64,000 bases of DNA, from NCBI GenBank assembly GCA_050253075.1, contig JBFWJS010000002.1, positions 288,001 to 352,000 of the forward strand, written 5' to 3'. A model generated the notes under the pieces. The model was not told the origin of the DNA. It saw only the letters and a program-made list of their open reading frames with translations, and made no database searches. Shown here one piece after another: positions 29,900-40,968 of this stretch. The stretch is from Deferribacterales bacterium (GTDB lineage Bacteria > Chrysiogenota > Deferribacteres > Deferribacterales > Geovibrionaceae). A program made the position numbers and the translations under genes. Each line of letters begins with the position of its first letter. Positions within the stretch are counted from its first letter, which is position 1.

Positions 29900-31129
29900 A
29901 TGAAAGCAAAAGAAAGAAAGAAGCTGTGCATCGCCATGGTCGGACTGCCCGCACGGGGTAAATCCACCCATGCGAAGAAGATAATAGAGAACCTGTCGAA
30001 GGAAAATCTGAACGTTGACGTTTTCAACAACGGAGACCTTCGCCGTAAATATATCAAAGAAAACACTGCATCGTACGAATTCTATAACCCAGACAATGCA
30101 AACGCCGCAAAGATACGGGAAGAACTCGCCATGATAAACATCTATGATGCAAAAGAATTTCTGGACACCACAGGAGACATAGCCATCATAGACGCAGCAA
30201 ACGTCACTCGCACACGCAGGCAAAAGATCATAGACGAAATGGACGGATACAACATACTCTTCATCGAGTGCATCAACGAGGAGGAGGACTTCCTCAAGAT
30301 ATGCATAGATACCAAAACCGAACTGCTCGAATTCAGCCATCTGCCGAAAGAAGAGGCACACCAGAACTTCCTCAAACGCATTGAATATTACAAGCTGAGA
30401 TATGATGAGCTCACCGACGAGCCAAACTACATCGTCATAGACTCGCTGAATAATAAAGTGCTCCGAGAGCGTGATCAGGGGATCCCTTACTATCACCTAA
30501 TCAGAGACATTCTCGTATCGGACTGGATACACAACCTATATCTCATCCGCCACGGTCAGACATACTTCAACCTTGAAAACCGCATAGGAGGAGACTCCGA
30601 GCTGACCGAAAGGGGCATCAGGCAGGGCTTAGACCTCGCAAAGCATTTCAAAGACACAGACATACACTATGTATTCAGCAGTACAAAAAAGCGCACTCTG
30701 GCAATAGCGGACGAGATAAAGAAAGTAAAACCGACTGTGGAGATCATCCCTTTTGAAGAATTTGACGAGATAGACACCGGGGACTGCGACTCCATCACAT
30801 ATGACGAGCTCAGGCTGAACTATCCCGACCTGTACGAGACCAGATCAAAGGACAAATACAACTTTACCTATCCAAACGGAGAGAGCTACCGCACCCTGCG
30901 CAGACGTGTGCAGATAGGTCTGAAAAAGGCGCTCTTCCTCAGCGGAGGCGCAGAAAACATTATCATCATCGGTCACAGAGCCGTAAACCGCATAATACTC
31001 TCCCTCTTCGAGTTTAGAAACGTGGATGATGTGCCGTACATCTACATCCCTCAGGACAGGTATTTCCAGATAACGGCGACCAGATATAAGAAACTTATAG
31101 AAATGAAGAAATTCACCGAATTCGATTAA
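29900..31129 (+). CDS. Bifunctional 6-phosphofructo-2-kinase/fructose-2,6-bisphosphatase family protein
   Basis: Kinase MVGLPARGKS, VFNNGDLRR, DAANVTRTRR; phosphatase LIRHG, RIGGD, DEID, YPNGESY, GHRAV. Confidence 0.88.
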   Translation: MKAKERKKLCIAMVGLPARGKSTHAKKIIENLSKENLNVDVFNNGDLRRKYIKENTASYEFYNPDNANAAKIREELAMINIYDAKEFLDTTGDIAIIDAANVTRTRRQKIIDEMDGYNILFIECINEEEDFLKICIDTKTELLEFSHLPKEEAHQNFLKRIEYYKLRYDELTDEPNYIVIDSLNNKVLRERDQGIPYYHLIRDILVSDWIHNLYLIRHGQTYFNLENRIGGDSELTERGIRQGLDLAKHFKDTDIHYVFSSTKKRTLAIADEIKKVKPTVEIIPFEEFDEIDTGDCDSITYDELRLNYPDLYETRSKDKYNFTYPNGESYRTLRRRVQIGLKKALFLSGGAENIIIIGHRAVNRIILSLFEFRNVDDVPYIYIPQDRYFQITATRYKKLIEMKKFTEFD

Positions 31130-31156
31130 AAAAAGGGCGGAGTATCAACCCCGCCC
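31128..31156 (-). terminator. Intrinsic terminator after tpsB
   Basis: GGGCGG/CCGCCC stem with a 7-A tract on the plus strand. Confidence 0.6.
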
Positions 31157-31168
31157 ATTATAGCTTTA

Positions 31169-32851
31169 TCAGAATGTCATGCCCGCCTGAACCAGCAGTC
31201 TGCTGTTATACTCGGGCTCGCTTTCCACCTTAGCCCCGCCCACTGCATAAGCGAAATAAGACTTCATAAAAAATGTTTTATAATAGGCGTAAAATCCAGC
31301 CCCCACATCTGAGAGACTTCTCCCGCCTTCGTCGGAGAAATCATCCTGAGGTTTCACATATGCAGTATCGCCGAAAACACTGACCATAGTGACCAGCTTA
31401 TTCACATCAGGCAGTCTGTAAAAGAGCTCTGCATTCAGGATATATCCGTTCTCTGCGCTCTGCTCACTGCTTGGGAAAACTCTCACACCGTAAGCTCCGC
31501 CTATTGAGAGGTCTTCGCTTCCGTCGAGGTTTTTATCATTCAGTACTTGCTGAGCCTGAAAAGACGTAGAAAGACTCCATTGACGGTTGAAGTCAACTTT
31601 CTGCTTTGCTGATGCAGCCAGAATGTGGTAAGTCCCCTGAGTATCAGCACCGATAGCGTCTAAATCTTCGGCTTCGGAATTATCAAAGCTGAGAGTGCCA
31701 ATAGTATATGAACCTTTTGCCTCGGATGTTGTTCTGAATCCAAACATAGAATAAGTTTTCTTATAGCTGATGCCGGCTTTTGCAGAAAGAGTGTCTTTTT
31801 CATCAACACTGTCAAAAAGTTCTATTTCATCCTTCATCTGTCTGGATGTAAATGCGAGGGTCGCATATGCGCTCTCGAACTTTGAGAGGAGCAGCGGATA
31901 GCTGAACTCCATTTCGATAGTGTCGGAATCACCCTTTGCATCGAGGGAATCATACTCTTCTTCCAGCGAATATGCCGTCTTTGAATATGATATCTCTCCT
32001 GTGAGACCGTTTGAAGCAAGGGGGAGTTTATACGCTGCTCTGCCGTTCACCAGACCGCCTGTGGTGCTGGTGATACCGCTGATGAAAAGTCTGTCGCCAA
32101 TTCCTAAAGGAGAGTTTATCCCCGCACCTGCCATCACTCTGTTCGTACCGGTATATCTGAGTCCGTAGTTGTCTCCTATGAGATACCCATACACTCTCGG
32201 AGTGGCAATGACGCTTATGTCGAAGCTGCTCGTTCCGAATTCATCCCCGGGCTTGATGTTTATCTTATTCAGATTCGCACCGGGAGTTTTATTCACCAAT
32301 ATCATCTGACGCTCTACATCTTCGGCTTTGATAGTCTTCCCTTCTGTCATTTTGCCTATGATGCCGTTTATCCTTTTACTGCTTACGAGTGATTTGTTGT
32401 CTACGTTCACAGAGCCGTACTCACCCTCGAGTATCACTATCTCGATGATGCCGTCTATTATCTCCTGCTTAGGCACGTATGCCTTCGCAACGAAAAATCC
32501 ATTGTCTCTGTAATACTTTGTAAGCTCTTCGGCAACGGCATTTATCTCCGCCAGCGTCAGCTCACGGTTTATATTCTCAGGCTTGTTTGCTATGTCTGTC
32601 AGCACCTCTGTGCTGATTGCTTTATTTCCTGAAACAGTGAAACCTTTGACAAGCATTGTCCGCTGGTCTGTCATCTTCATCTGAGGTCTGAGGTTTTCCT
32701 TCAGTTCAGGCAGAGGGCTCTGCTTTTTCGGGATATCCTGCGGAGGTTCGACCTGTTTCAGCGCATCGCCTATATTAGGAACAGGCGCCGCATATGCAGC
32801 AGCAGCGAAGCTCACTATCAAAAGTGCTGTTAATAATCTATTTATTTTCAT
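31169..32851 (-). CDS. Two-partner secretion outer-membrane transporter (TpsB; ShlB/FhaC/HecB family)
   Basis: Signal peptide, POTRA (YYRDNGFFVAKAYVPKQ), GGAYGVRVF (VRGY-like), C-terminal Phe. Confidence 0.9.
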   Translation of the reverse strand: MKINRLLTALLIVSFAAAAYAAPVPNIGDALKQVEPPQDIPKKQSPLPELKENLRPQMKMTDQRTMLVKGFTVSGNKAISTEVLTDIANKPENINRELTLAEINAVAEELTKYYRDNGFFVAKAYVPKQEIIDGIIEIVILEGEYGSVNVDNKSLVSSKRINGIIGKMTEGKTIKAEDVERQMILVNKTPGANLNKINIKPGDEFGTSSFDISVIATPRVYGYLIGDNYGLRYTGTNRVMAGAGINSPLGIGDRLFISGITSTTGGLVNGRAAYKLPLASNGLTGEISYSKTAYSLEEEYDSLDAKGDSDTIEMEFSYPLLLSKFESAYATLAFTSRQMKDEIELFDSVDEKDTLSAKAGISYKKTYSMFGFRTTSEAKGSYTIGTLSFDNSEAEDLDAIGADTQGTYHILAASAKQKVDFNRQWSLSTSFQAQQVLNDKNLDGSEDLSIGGAYGVRVFPSSEQSAENGYILNAELFYRLPDVNKLVTMVSVFGDTAYVKPQDDFSDEGGRSLSDVGAGFYAYYKTFFMKSYFAYAVGGAKVESEPEYNSRLLVQAGMTF

Positions 32852-32871
32852 TATTTAATCCTTACCTATAC

Positions 32872-35800
32872 TTATTCCGGCATCCTTATACCGCCGTTGA
32901 TGATCTCAACAAGCCCGGTATACTGACCGCTGAAGCCTCTGCCGGCTCCGATATATCCTATCTGAGCACCGTCACCGCTATCGCCGATCTGCTCTCCGCC
33001 GTTGCCTGCTTCACCTGCTCCTGCATTACCCGATTCACCTGATCCGCTCTGCTGAGTATATTCAGGTGCTGAAGCAGGAGTATATTCAGGTATCTGGATA
33101 ACAGGCTGAGACGCAAGGTTGCTCATAATAGCCGGTGTTATGCTGGCTAAGAGCATCTGAGACTGTTGAGAATCGTCGGCAAGAACTGTCATGGTGTATT
33201 CATCTGTGCCGAGGGTATAGTTGTCGTCTGTCAGCTCGGCAGTGATGGTGTATTCACCAGCAGGGAGTGTCCCCGCCTCTGCCTGAGACGTAACGTCGTT
33301 GCCGTCGGCATCATATACAGTATAGGCAACCGTGCCCGTAACATTGCCCGGGTCGTCTGTGTAGCTGATGCTTATGGACGAAAGGTCGCTGCCGTATTCG
33401 ATGGTGGAAGGCGTGAGTGTATAGCCAAGTGATTTCTGTTCTACCGTAAATGTTGTTGTCGCTGTACCTGCGGTGTAGTTGCTGTCTGTGAGCGAAACAT
33501 GCACAGTGTATGTGCCTGCACCGAGCGTACCTGCATCTGCCTGTGCTGTTACGTCATTGCCGTCGGCATCCAGCACTGTGTATGCTGTCGAGCCTGTTAC
33601 ATCGGCTCCGCCGTCCACAACGCCTGTAAAGCTAACGTCCACGCTATATGAATCACCGTATGTCACAGTGTCTTCGCCGAGGGCTATCCCCAGCTCTTTC
33701 TTGCCCAGAGTGATCTGTGCGCCTGTGTTTGTCACTGTGTATTCGCCGTCTATCAGCACGGATACCGTATATGTACCTGCGGTCAGAGTTCCTGCTTCTG
33801 CCTGGCTTGTTACATCGTTGCCTTCGGCATCTGTAATCTTATACTCCACAGTGTCATAACCATCTGCATTCGCAAGGAAATCAGACACTAAAAGCCCTGT
33901 GCCGTATGTGTATGTTCCGTCCACTGTCAGGGCGACATCTGTGATGTCCTGCCACTGAAGGAGAGGCAAGCCGAGGTTTGTATTCGCACCTGTCCAGAGT
34001 GCAGAGTCCCATGCAGTATACATTGCCTCGAGTATCTCATCGTCTGAGGCTGCTATATTATTTGCGTTTTCTGTTATATTAGGGTTGGCATCTGAGCTGT
34101 AGAAGCTGTTTGTGATAGTACCTGAAGCATAATAGACCAGTCCGTTGACGTTACTGGTTCCTGAAACAGTACCAAGACCGTAGCTATCTGTTATTGAGCC
34201 TCCATCAATCTTTCCTACGAGAGAGCCGACATAGTTCGTCCATCGACATTACCTGTTGCGTAGCTGTCTGTGACTGTCTGAACTGTCATACCGCCTATAA
34301 GTCCGCCTGCATAATTATTGCTACCTTTGATATCTCCGGTGGCATAGCTGTTTGAAACGGATCCATTTGTGAAGTATCCTATAAGACCGCCGACATAATT
34401 ATACCCGCTGGCGTTCCCTGTGGCATAGCTTCCGGAGATAACATTATCTTCGCTGGTTGCCGCTCCGAGAAGCCCGCCGACTGCCGAAGAAGTCGGGCCG
34501 ACGTTAGCTGTGTTGGAGTTGACATCACCGGTGGCGTAGCTGTCTGTTACATCTACACCCTGAATTACGCCCACAAGACCTCCGACATAGTTTCCACTAG
34601 AGTCGACATCACCTGTGGCGTAACTATTTGTTATAGAACTGAGTGCCGCACTACCCACGAGTCCTCCGGTGTATGTACCACCTTTAACATCCCCTGTGGC
34701 ATAGCTGTTTGATATATCTATAAATTGCGCATACCCCACCAGACCGCCTGCCTGGTCTGCTCCGCCGCTTGTCACATCGGCTGTGGAGTAGCTGTCTTTT
34801 ATGCTCATATTGTCTACGAATCCAAAAACAGAACCAACGAGTCCCCCGACAGGATTTATACCGGATAACGAGGAATTCTCTACTTTCCCTTCGCTGAAAC
34901 TGCTTGCGATGTTAGTTCCCTCATTTAATTCTCCCACAAGCCCGCCGATAGAAGAAGCTCCATAAACGTCGACATCAACACCCGTATTATAGATGTATGT
35001 GTTTGTGACTGACCCTGCCAGAGCACCCACATACCATCCTCCTGTAGAATGGACATGTGCATTGTCGACAAAGATGTTGCTAAGCACGGCGCCGTTTGTC
35101 ACACCGAAGAGACCTACATAGTTAGAATTCACAGCATCTATAGTCAGGTTTGAAACAGAGTGACCGAGACCGTTCATTTTACCTGTGAAAGGAGATCCGT
35201 TTGAGCCTATGTATGAATAATTTACACCTGTAAGATCGAGGTCTGCGCCCAGTGCATAGCTTCCGCTGAGAGCACCCGACATTGCTGCCCATTCGGCATA
35301 GTCATTTATTATGGTATATGACACGCCGTTCATGGTGAGGCTGCTCGTATCGCTGAGGTTTACGACGCCTTCCCCAAGGGTGACTTTCATGTCGCCGCCG
35401 TATTCAAAGTCGATACCGCCTGTGTTGTTTACATTTATAGTACTGTTCACTGTGATGTCTTCTGCGGCATCCAGTGTCAGAGTATTTGCGTTTATAGTGA
35501 TGTCGGCATCTACTGTGATGCTTCCGTCTGATGTCGTCACGTCCGCATTACCGGATGCGAGCTGGCCTTCCAGTGTCGCAGCCATCGCTGAGTCTATAGT
35601 CACATCTGTCGGGTCTATGAGCCAGTGCCCCGTTGTGATGTTTGTGCCTTCTTCTATGTTCAGCTCGGCACCTGATGTTTCTATGAATCCTTCGCCTTTA
35701 CCCGTGGTGATTGTACCGCCTACGTTAGCCGTACCGCCGTGGGCAAAGATTATTACATCGCCTGAAAAGTCGTCCATTGTGGAAGCCTGCACAAGACCTG

Positions 35801-36557
35801 TATTATTCACAACGCCTGATATAAGCTCCTCTGCTGATGATGTGGTGAGGAATATATCACCGCCGTCTGCTATCACGGCACCGCTGTTCTCCACCAGAGC
35901 ATCCACGACGCTCTTATCCACTGTCAGCTCCACGAGAGAGTTGCCGTTAAGATTGATGGTGGCAGAGTCCGCACCGGACATATATATCTTTCCACGGACT
36001 ACATTTATGCTGCCTGAGTTACCTACATCAGCACCCAGTAGAGCCGCATAGCCCGCATCGGATATAGTGATGGAGCCCATGTTGATTACAGAAGCGTCCG
36101 AAGCATCTTTAAAGCTGTAATTGCCGTCCATGAAGTCTTTGTCAGACAGGCTCATTGTCGTAGCGACCAGACCTGCCGTGTTCACCGACGCATTTTTGCC
36201 GAAGAGCACTCCGTTTGAGTTCAGTATGAATACCTGTCCGTTAGCATTCAGCGCTCCGTTGATCACAGAGCTTTCGCTGCCGACTATGCGGTTCAGAGTG
36301 ATAGAGTCCTTATTCGGCTGTCTGAAATTGACCGTCTCGCCCCTGTCGATACTGAACGACTGCCAGTTGATAGCCGCATTTTGACTTGATTGGTTGATAG
36401 TTGTTGTCCCTGTAGTCTGAGTGATAGCTGCACTACCAGCCGAGACTACTCCTCCCGATGGACCTGCATCTGCAATAGCAACAGACAGCAGGAACGAGGC
36501 TGAAATCAGAAAGGTCATACCTTTCCTGATAATCCAAAACGGATTACGCGCCTTCAT
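32872..36557 (-). pseudogene. TpsA filamentous-haemagglutinin-like exoprotein (TPS domain, GLUG-type repeats, three MBG-like repeats) split by a 1-nt frameshift near 34240
   Basis: INWQSFSI and NSNGVLFG TPS motifs; restoring one base joins ORF 34215-36671 to the frame of ORF 32872-34023 with no intervening stop. Confidence 0.8.
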
Positions 36558-36776
36558 AAATATAACTCCTAGCTTATTAAATAGTAAGTTGTGTGTAATA
36601 TTGAAAAATTGTGTTTGATAAGCCCTGACATAAACAAATAATAAAAAAGTATAACAACTTTTTTTTATCAATACAAACTAAACTGATTCTAAATTTGCAT
36701 ATTTTTATAAAAAACATGCATAAACTCAATGATTTGAAAATTGGACAATTAGCCAATTATGGCACATGTGCACAAA

Positions 36777-37907
36777 TCACCTGTTTTTAATTATTTCCTC
36801 TACTATAAGAAGCCCGCTGTTTGCCGTTTTGCTATACGTGCGTATTTTTGATGCTTTCTGATATGCGTCTTTAACAGTTTCGAGGTCGTTCATCTGCCAC
36901 CCGCACACAGCACGGAGCATCTGTGCCTCGCCGTCGTTTTCGTCAGCTTTTTCCAGTGCCGTTAGCGCCTGTTCGTACTCACCCGCCATATACAGATACT
37001 TGCCTTTCAGCGTATGGAGGGCTCTGTCCGGGCTTTTATTGATCAGCATATCCATTGTCTCCACCCCTTTCTTATACTCACCTGCATAGATGTAATATTC
37101 CGAAAGTTTCAGCAGTTCTTCGTCCGTACTGCTAACCTTTGCCAGTGTTTTCGCGGCACGAACACTCGCACCGATATATCCGTACAGGTCTGCCAGATTC
37201 TTCAGGTCTTTTTCATCCGGTGCTTTGATAATGTGCGCAGTCTCCAGCGCAGATGCAGCCATTGTGTACTGCTCGAGGCTGAGATGAAGCTGTGACCTCA
37301 GCTCCCACATATCCCCGTCGTACGGGTTCTCTCTCAGGTATGACACAGTCAGGGCAAGGGCGGGTCTCGGCTTTCCGTTCTCGATCTTCACAGCCACTGC
37401 CAGCTTTAACCATTCGGGCTTGCGCTTCTTTTCCCTGCTGAACAGTTCGTCCATACGCTTTTCAGACACATCCATAGAGCCTTTCATATACCATGACGCA
37501 GCAGATCGGTAGAGTTCCTCGGGTGTGTTTGTCAGTCTGTAGAGCGTGTAGAAAAGCTCCCCTGCGTCGCTGAATTTACCCAGCTCATAAGCTGTCACTG
37601 CCGCATTACGGCAGAGGTCTTTATCATCCTGATATTTAGCGTGTCCTGAGGTAAATGTCTTAAATGCGGCATCCGCATCACCCATGCTGTACAGGGCGTT
37701 CCCCAACAGCAGGTAATAAAGCCCCGCATCGTCCGTGTGCTTCTTCCTGAACTCTGTCAGGGTATCCACGGCACCTTTAAAGTCTTTATTCTTTATCTTT
37801 TCCTGTGCTTTATGCAGAGCCGTCGCCAGTATCGGGGACAGCTTCACCTCTGCGTATGCGGACACACTGCAAAGGATCAAAGTGACAATAATTAGCTTCC
37901 TTATCAT
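36777..37907 (-). CDS. Periplasmic TPR protein of the TonB cluster
   Basis: Signal peptide, helical TPR-like pattern, directly after tonB. Confidence 0.75.
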   Translation of the reverse strand: MIRKLIIVTLILCSVSAYAEVKLSPILATALHKAQEKIKNKDFKGAVDTLTEFRKKHTDDAGLYYLLLGNALYSMGDADAAFKTFTSGHAKYQDDKDLCRNAAVTAYELGKFSDAGELFYTLYRLTNTPEELYRSAASWYMKGSMDVSEKRMDELFSREKKRKPEWLKLAVAVKIENGKPRPALALTVSYLRENPYDGDMWELRSQLHLSLEQYTMAASALETAHIIKAPDEKDLKNLADLYGYIGASVRAAKTLAKVSSTDEELLKLSEYYIYAGEYKKGVETMDMLINKSPDRALHTLKGKYLYMAGEYEQALTALEKADENDGEAQMLRAVCGWQMNDLETVKDAYQKASKIRTYSKTANSGLLIVEEIIKNR

Positions 37908-37910
37908 AAT

Positions 37911-38588
37911 CTATATCCTGAACTGGAACGGAGCGACAACCCATGTGCGCACCGCTTCTCCGTCATATATCCCCGCCTTGAATCTCCACCTTTTAACAGC
38001 ATCGATAGCGGCATCTTCAAATACCCCTGCAGGCTCGGCAGAGACAACGCTTATACGGCTGATCTGCCCGTTTTCATCCACGAGGAACCTGAGAACGACA
38101 TCCCCCGTGATACCCCTCCGCTTCGCAGCGAAAGGATAAACGGGTGCGGCTCTGAAAAGTGCCTGCGGAGGCGTGTCCACCTCGCCTATCTCGAAAGCCG
38201 TCCCCATGCCTGAGGTGAGCGACGTACCCTCCACCACGGGCATACTGACAGCCATGCCGTCTGCGAGGGAGGCATTCATGTCAAAGTTCATCTTCGGCGC
38301 AGAGAGCTCGGGCTTAGGTTTGTCAGCTCGTGCCTTGTCCTGCTTCACCTGCATCTCGGGCAGTTTTTTCGGTTTATTTTCTTCCACCCTTTTATCTGGC
38401 AGTTTCCTTTCGTCCTTCATCTCGGGCTTTGCGGTGTTGAAGCTGACAAAGCTGTCGAAGAGTTCTGCGGGCTTCTCCGCCGTCGCCACGGAGAGGAATG
38501 GTATACCGACGAATATCACTGCATTCATGAGCAGCGCCAGTAAAACACCACCTGCGACCATCGGGTTTATATTCAGCTTATCTTTCAT
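37911..38588 (-). CDS. tonB: Energy transducer TonB
   Basis: N-terminal TM, K/P-rich linker, YPFAAKRRGITGDV...VKRWRF. Confidence 0.9.
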   Translation of the reverse strand: MKDKLNINPMVAGGVLLALLMNAVIFVGIPFLSVATAEKPAELFDSFVSFNTAKPEMKDERKLPDKRVEENKPKKLPEMQVKQDKARADKPKPELSAPKMNFDMNASLADGMAVSMPVVEGTSLTSGMGTAFEIGEVDTPPQALFRAAPVYPFAAKRRGITGDVVLRFLVDENGQISRISVVSAEPAGVFEDAAIDAVKRWRFKAGIYDGEAVRTWVVAPFQFRI

Positions 38589-38996
38589 CTATTCCTTCTT
38601 AGCAGCGACACTTATCTGCTGTACACCCGCCAGACGACAAGCATCGAGAACCCTGATAACCTCGCCTGTACGGCTGCTCTCGTCAGCGGCGATAACCACC
38701 GAGCCCTCGGGTGTTTCGGCAAGGAATCTCTCCATCAGCCCTCTGACGGAGCGGATATCCACCACCCGTCCGTCCATGTATACCTGTCCGTCCTTTGTCA
38801 CGGATATTATTACGTTTGTCTTCTCCTGAGATGCCGCACTGGCTGCCTTCGGTCTGTTCACATCTACGCCCGATTCCTTGACAAAGCTGGTGGTAACTAT
38901 GAAAAATATCAGGAGTATGAATATCATATCTATCAGCGGGGCCATGTTTATCTCCACTGTTTTTGCTCTGCGGAGCCTGCTCATTCTTCTGTTCAT
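38589..38996 (-). CDS. exbD: Biopolymer transport protein ExbD
   Basis: INMAPLIDMIFILLIFF. Confidence 0.92.
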   Translation of the reverse strand: MNRRMSRLRRAKTVEINMAPLIDMIFILLIFFIVTTSFVKESGVDVNRPKAASAASQEKTNVIISVTKDGQVYMDGRVVDIRSVRGLMERFLAETPEGSVVIAADESSRTGEVIRVLDACRLAGVQQISVAAKKE

Positions 38997-39592
38997 ACTT
39001 CCAGCTCCTTCACCAGCATATGCCCGAAGAGCTTCACCCTGTCCTGCAGGACGCTCGCCCTCCGCCTCAGCAGATTACCCACTATCAGCCCGGGCACGGC
39101 AACAACCAAGCCCGCCTGTGTGGTTATCAGGGCTATGGATATGCCAGATGCCATCGCCTTCGGATTACCCGTGCCATAGAGCGATATAACGTCAAACGTG
39201 CTTATCATCCCCGTCACAGTGCCGAAAAGTCCGAATAGGGGCGCAGCCGAAGCCAGTACCAGAACAGTCGTGATATGTCTGCCCATCCCCGATGCCACGG
39301 AGTCGGTGAAGTCATCTATTAGCCTCTTGCGGTGCTTGCCTTTCAGGTGTGACGCATCCATAGCAAAGTTCAGCATCTTCACCTGCCACTCAGCTCCTCT
39401 CGCCTCTTTCCCTGCGGCACATTCGTGTATGCACTCTTCGAAGGGGACTTCGCTCTTTCTTATCCGCAAAAGCTGAAAGACCTTCACAAATATCAGCACC
39501 CACATATACAGCGACGAGATAAGCAGTGCGGGCATTACAATCCCTCCGCTTATAAAGTGCTGTACGGTCTTTTCTATGATAGCCGCTATCAC
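38993..39592 (-). CDS. exbB: MotA/TolQ/ExbB proton channel protein
   Basis: APLFGLFGTVTGMI, GISIALITT. Confidence 0.88.
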   Translation of the reverse strand: MIAAIIEKTVQHFISGGIVMPALLISSLYMWVLIFVKVFQLLRIRKSEVPFEECIHECAAGKEARGAEWQVKMLNFAMDASHLKGKHRKRLIDDFTDSVASGMGRHITTVLVLASAAPLFGLFGTVTGMISTFDVISLYGTGNPKAMASGISIALITTQAGLVVAVPGLIVGNLLRRRASVLQDRVKLFGHMLVKELEV

Positions 39593-40968
39593 GCTATGCT
39601 CCTGCTTTTCTCATTTTTCAGTATCGCAACGGTGAATCTTGTTCCCTTCTCTTCGATGTCGGAGAGTATCCTGTCCACCCTGCGCTCCAGCATGTGGTGA
39701 CACAGCATCACGGGTATCGCCACGGCGAGACCTAGCTGAGTGGTTATCAGTGCCTCTGATATACCTCCGGACATCATCCTCGGGTCACCGGTGCCGAATA
39801 TGGTCAGTATGTTGAAAGTATTTATCATACCTGTCACGGTACCGAGCAGACCGAGCAGAGGGGCAACGGCAGCCAGTATGCTGAGTGTCGGCAGGAAGCG
39901 TTCCATACGGGGCAGCTCCCTGAGTATCGCCTCCTGCATCGCATTTTCTATAACTTCCTGTGTCTCACCCAGATGCGCCATCGTACTGCGGAGCACCCTG
40001 CAAGTAGGAAACTCGGAGTTTTCATCACAAAATCTATTACATGCTTCCCAGTCGTTCTTCTCCGCACACGCCATAATGTTATCCATGCGCTTTGTGGATG
40101 TAGACTTTATCCTCGTGAGCACAAACGCCCTCTCCAGTATCAGCACCAGAGCAATGAGCCCCACACCGATAATAGGATAAGCCAGCACCCCGCCCCCTTT
40201 GATAGAGGCAAGGAACGAATGACCGCCCTCAAGCTGCTGAAAGGATACCCCGCCGGAGAAATCCATAGGATACACCTCGCCATCTTCCAGAGCATCGGCA
40301 GCATCCGAAGGGAACCTTCCGCTGACGGCTATCAGCCTGTCCCCCTGAGCGTTTGATTTGAGCAGACCGTATCCGTCGCCCGATTTATAATATGCGCTGA
40401 AACGCCCGAGCCTGATTATATTCACAGGCAGTTCCGAGCCGTCCTGCGCAACAACCATCCCCTGATATCTGTCTATCTCTCCCCCTGCGCGCATCTCGTG
40501 GAAATATATATCTGCCAGAGATTTAATGCTCTCAATACCGGGGAATCGTTTGCTGTCCATCATCTCTGCCACAGTGTCCACACGTTCGGGTGAACCCGCC
40601 GTAACAGGGTTCGACCTTATCATCTCATCCGCATCCTTGACAGAGGCACGCACCGCACCCTCGAGAGCCTTTATCTCGTCCTGACGGTTCTCCAGCTCAT
40701 CGGTCAGCTTCTTTTCCGTATCCAGCAGGGATTCGAACTCTTGCTTCAGGTCTGCGTATACTTTTTCGAGGCGTTTCACCTCTGCGGATGCTTCTTTCAC
40801 CGTCATAGCGGCGTTTCTCTTCTGCTCTGTTACTGCATCGCCAAAGGCTTTATTCTCTGCCTTTACCTCGTTCATTTTCCCCTGCATAGCGGCCTCTGCG
40901 GAGGTGTCGGCAAATGCTCCGAATGTGAAAACCTGAAATATAATCAGCCACATTATTATCCTAGTCAT
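39589..40968 (-). CDS. Long MotA/TolQ/ExbB protein with a periplasmic coiled-coil domain (TtpC-like)
   Basis: Signal peptide, coiled coil, APLLGLLGTVTGMI, GISEALITT. Confidence 0.85.
   Translation of the reverse strand: MTRIIMWLIIFQVFTFGAFADTSAEAAMQGKMNEVKAENKAFGDAVTEQKRNAAMTVKEASAEVKRLEKVYADLKQEFESLLDTEKKLTDELENRQDEIKALEGAVRASVKDADEMIRSNPVTAGSPERVDTVAEMMDSKRFPGIESIKSLADIYFHEMRAGGEIDRYQGMVVAQDGSELPVNIIRLGRFSAYYKSGDGYGLLKSNAQGDRLIAVSGRFPSDAADALEDGEVYPMDFSGGVSFQQLEGGHSFLASIKGGGVLAYPIIGVGLIALVLILERAFVLTRIKSTSTKRMDNIMACAEKNDWEACNRFCDENSEFPTCRVLRSTMAHLGETQEVIENAMQEAILRELPRMERFLPTLSILAAVAPLLGLLGTVTGMINTFNILTIFGTGDPRMMSGGISEALITTQLGLAVAIPVMLCHHMLERRVDRILSDIEEKGTRFTVAILKNEKSRSIA

Noticed and set aside
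34215..34245. Programmed frameshift or phase variation in tpsA
   Set aside because: No slippery heptamer, homopolymer or tandem repeat at the junction.
31169..36557. Contact-dependent inhibition (CdiAB) locus
   Set aside because: No VENN-type motif, toxin tip or immunity gene; tpsB follows tpsA directly.
36760..36775. TGGCACATGTGCAC as a sigma54 promoter
   Set aside because: Wrong -24/-12 spacing, and it points antisense into the TPR gene.
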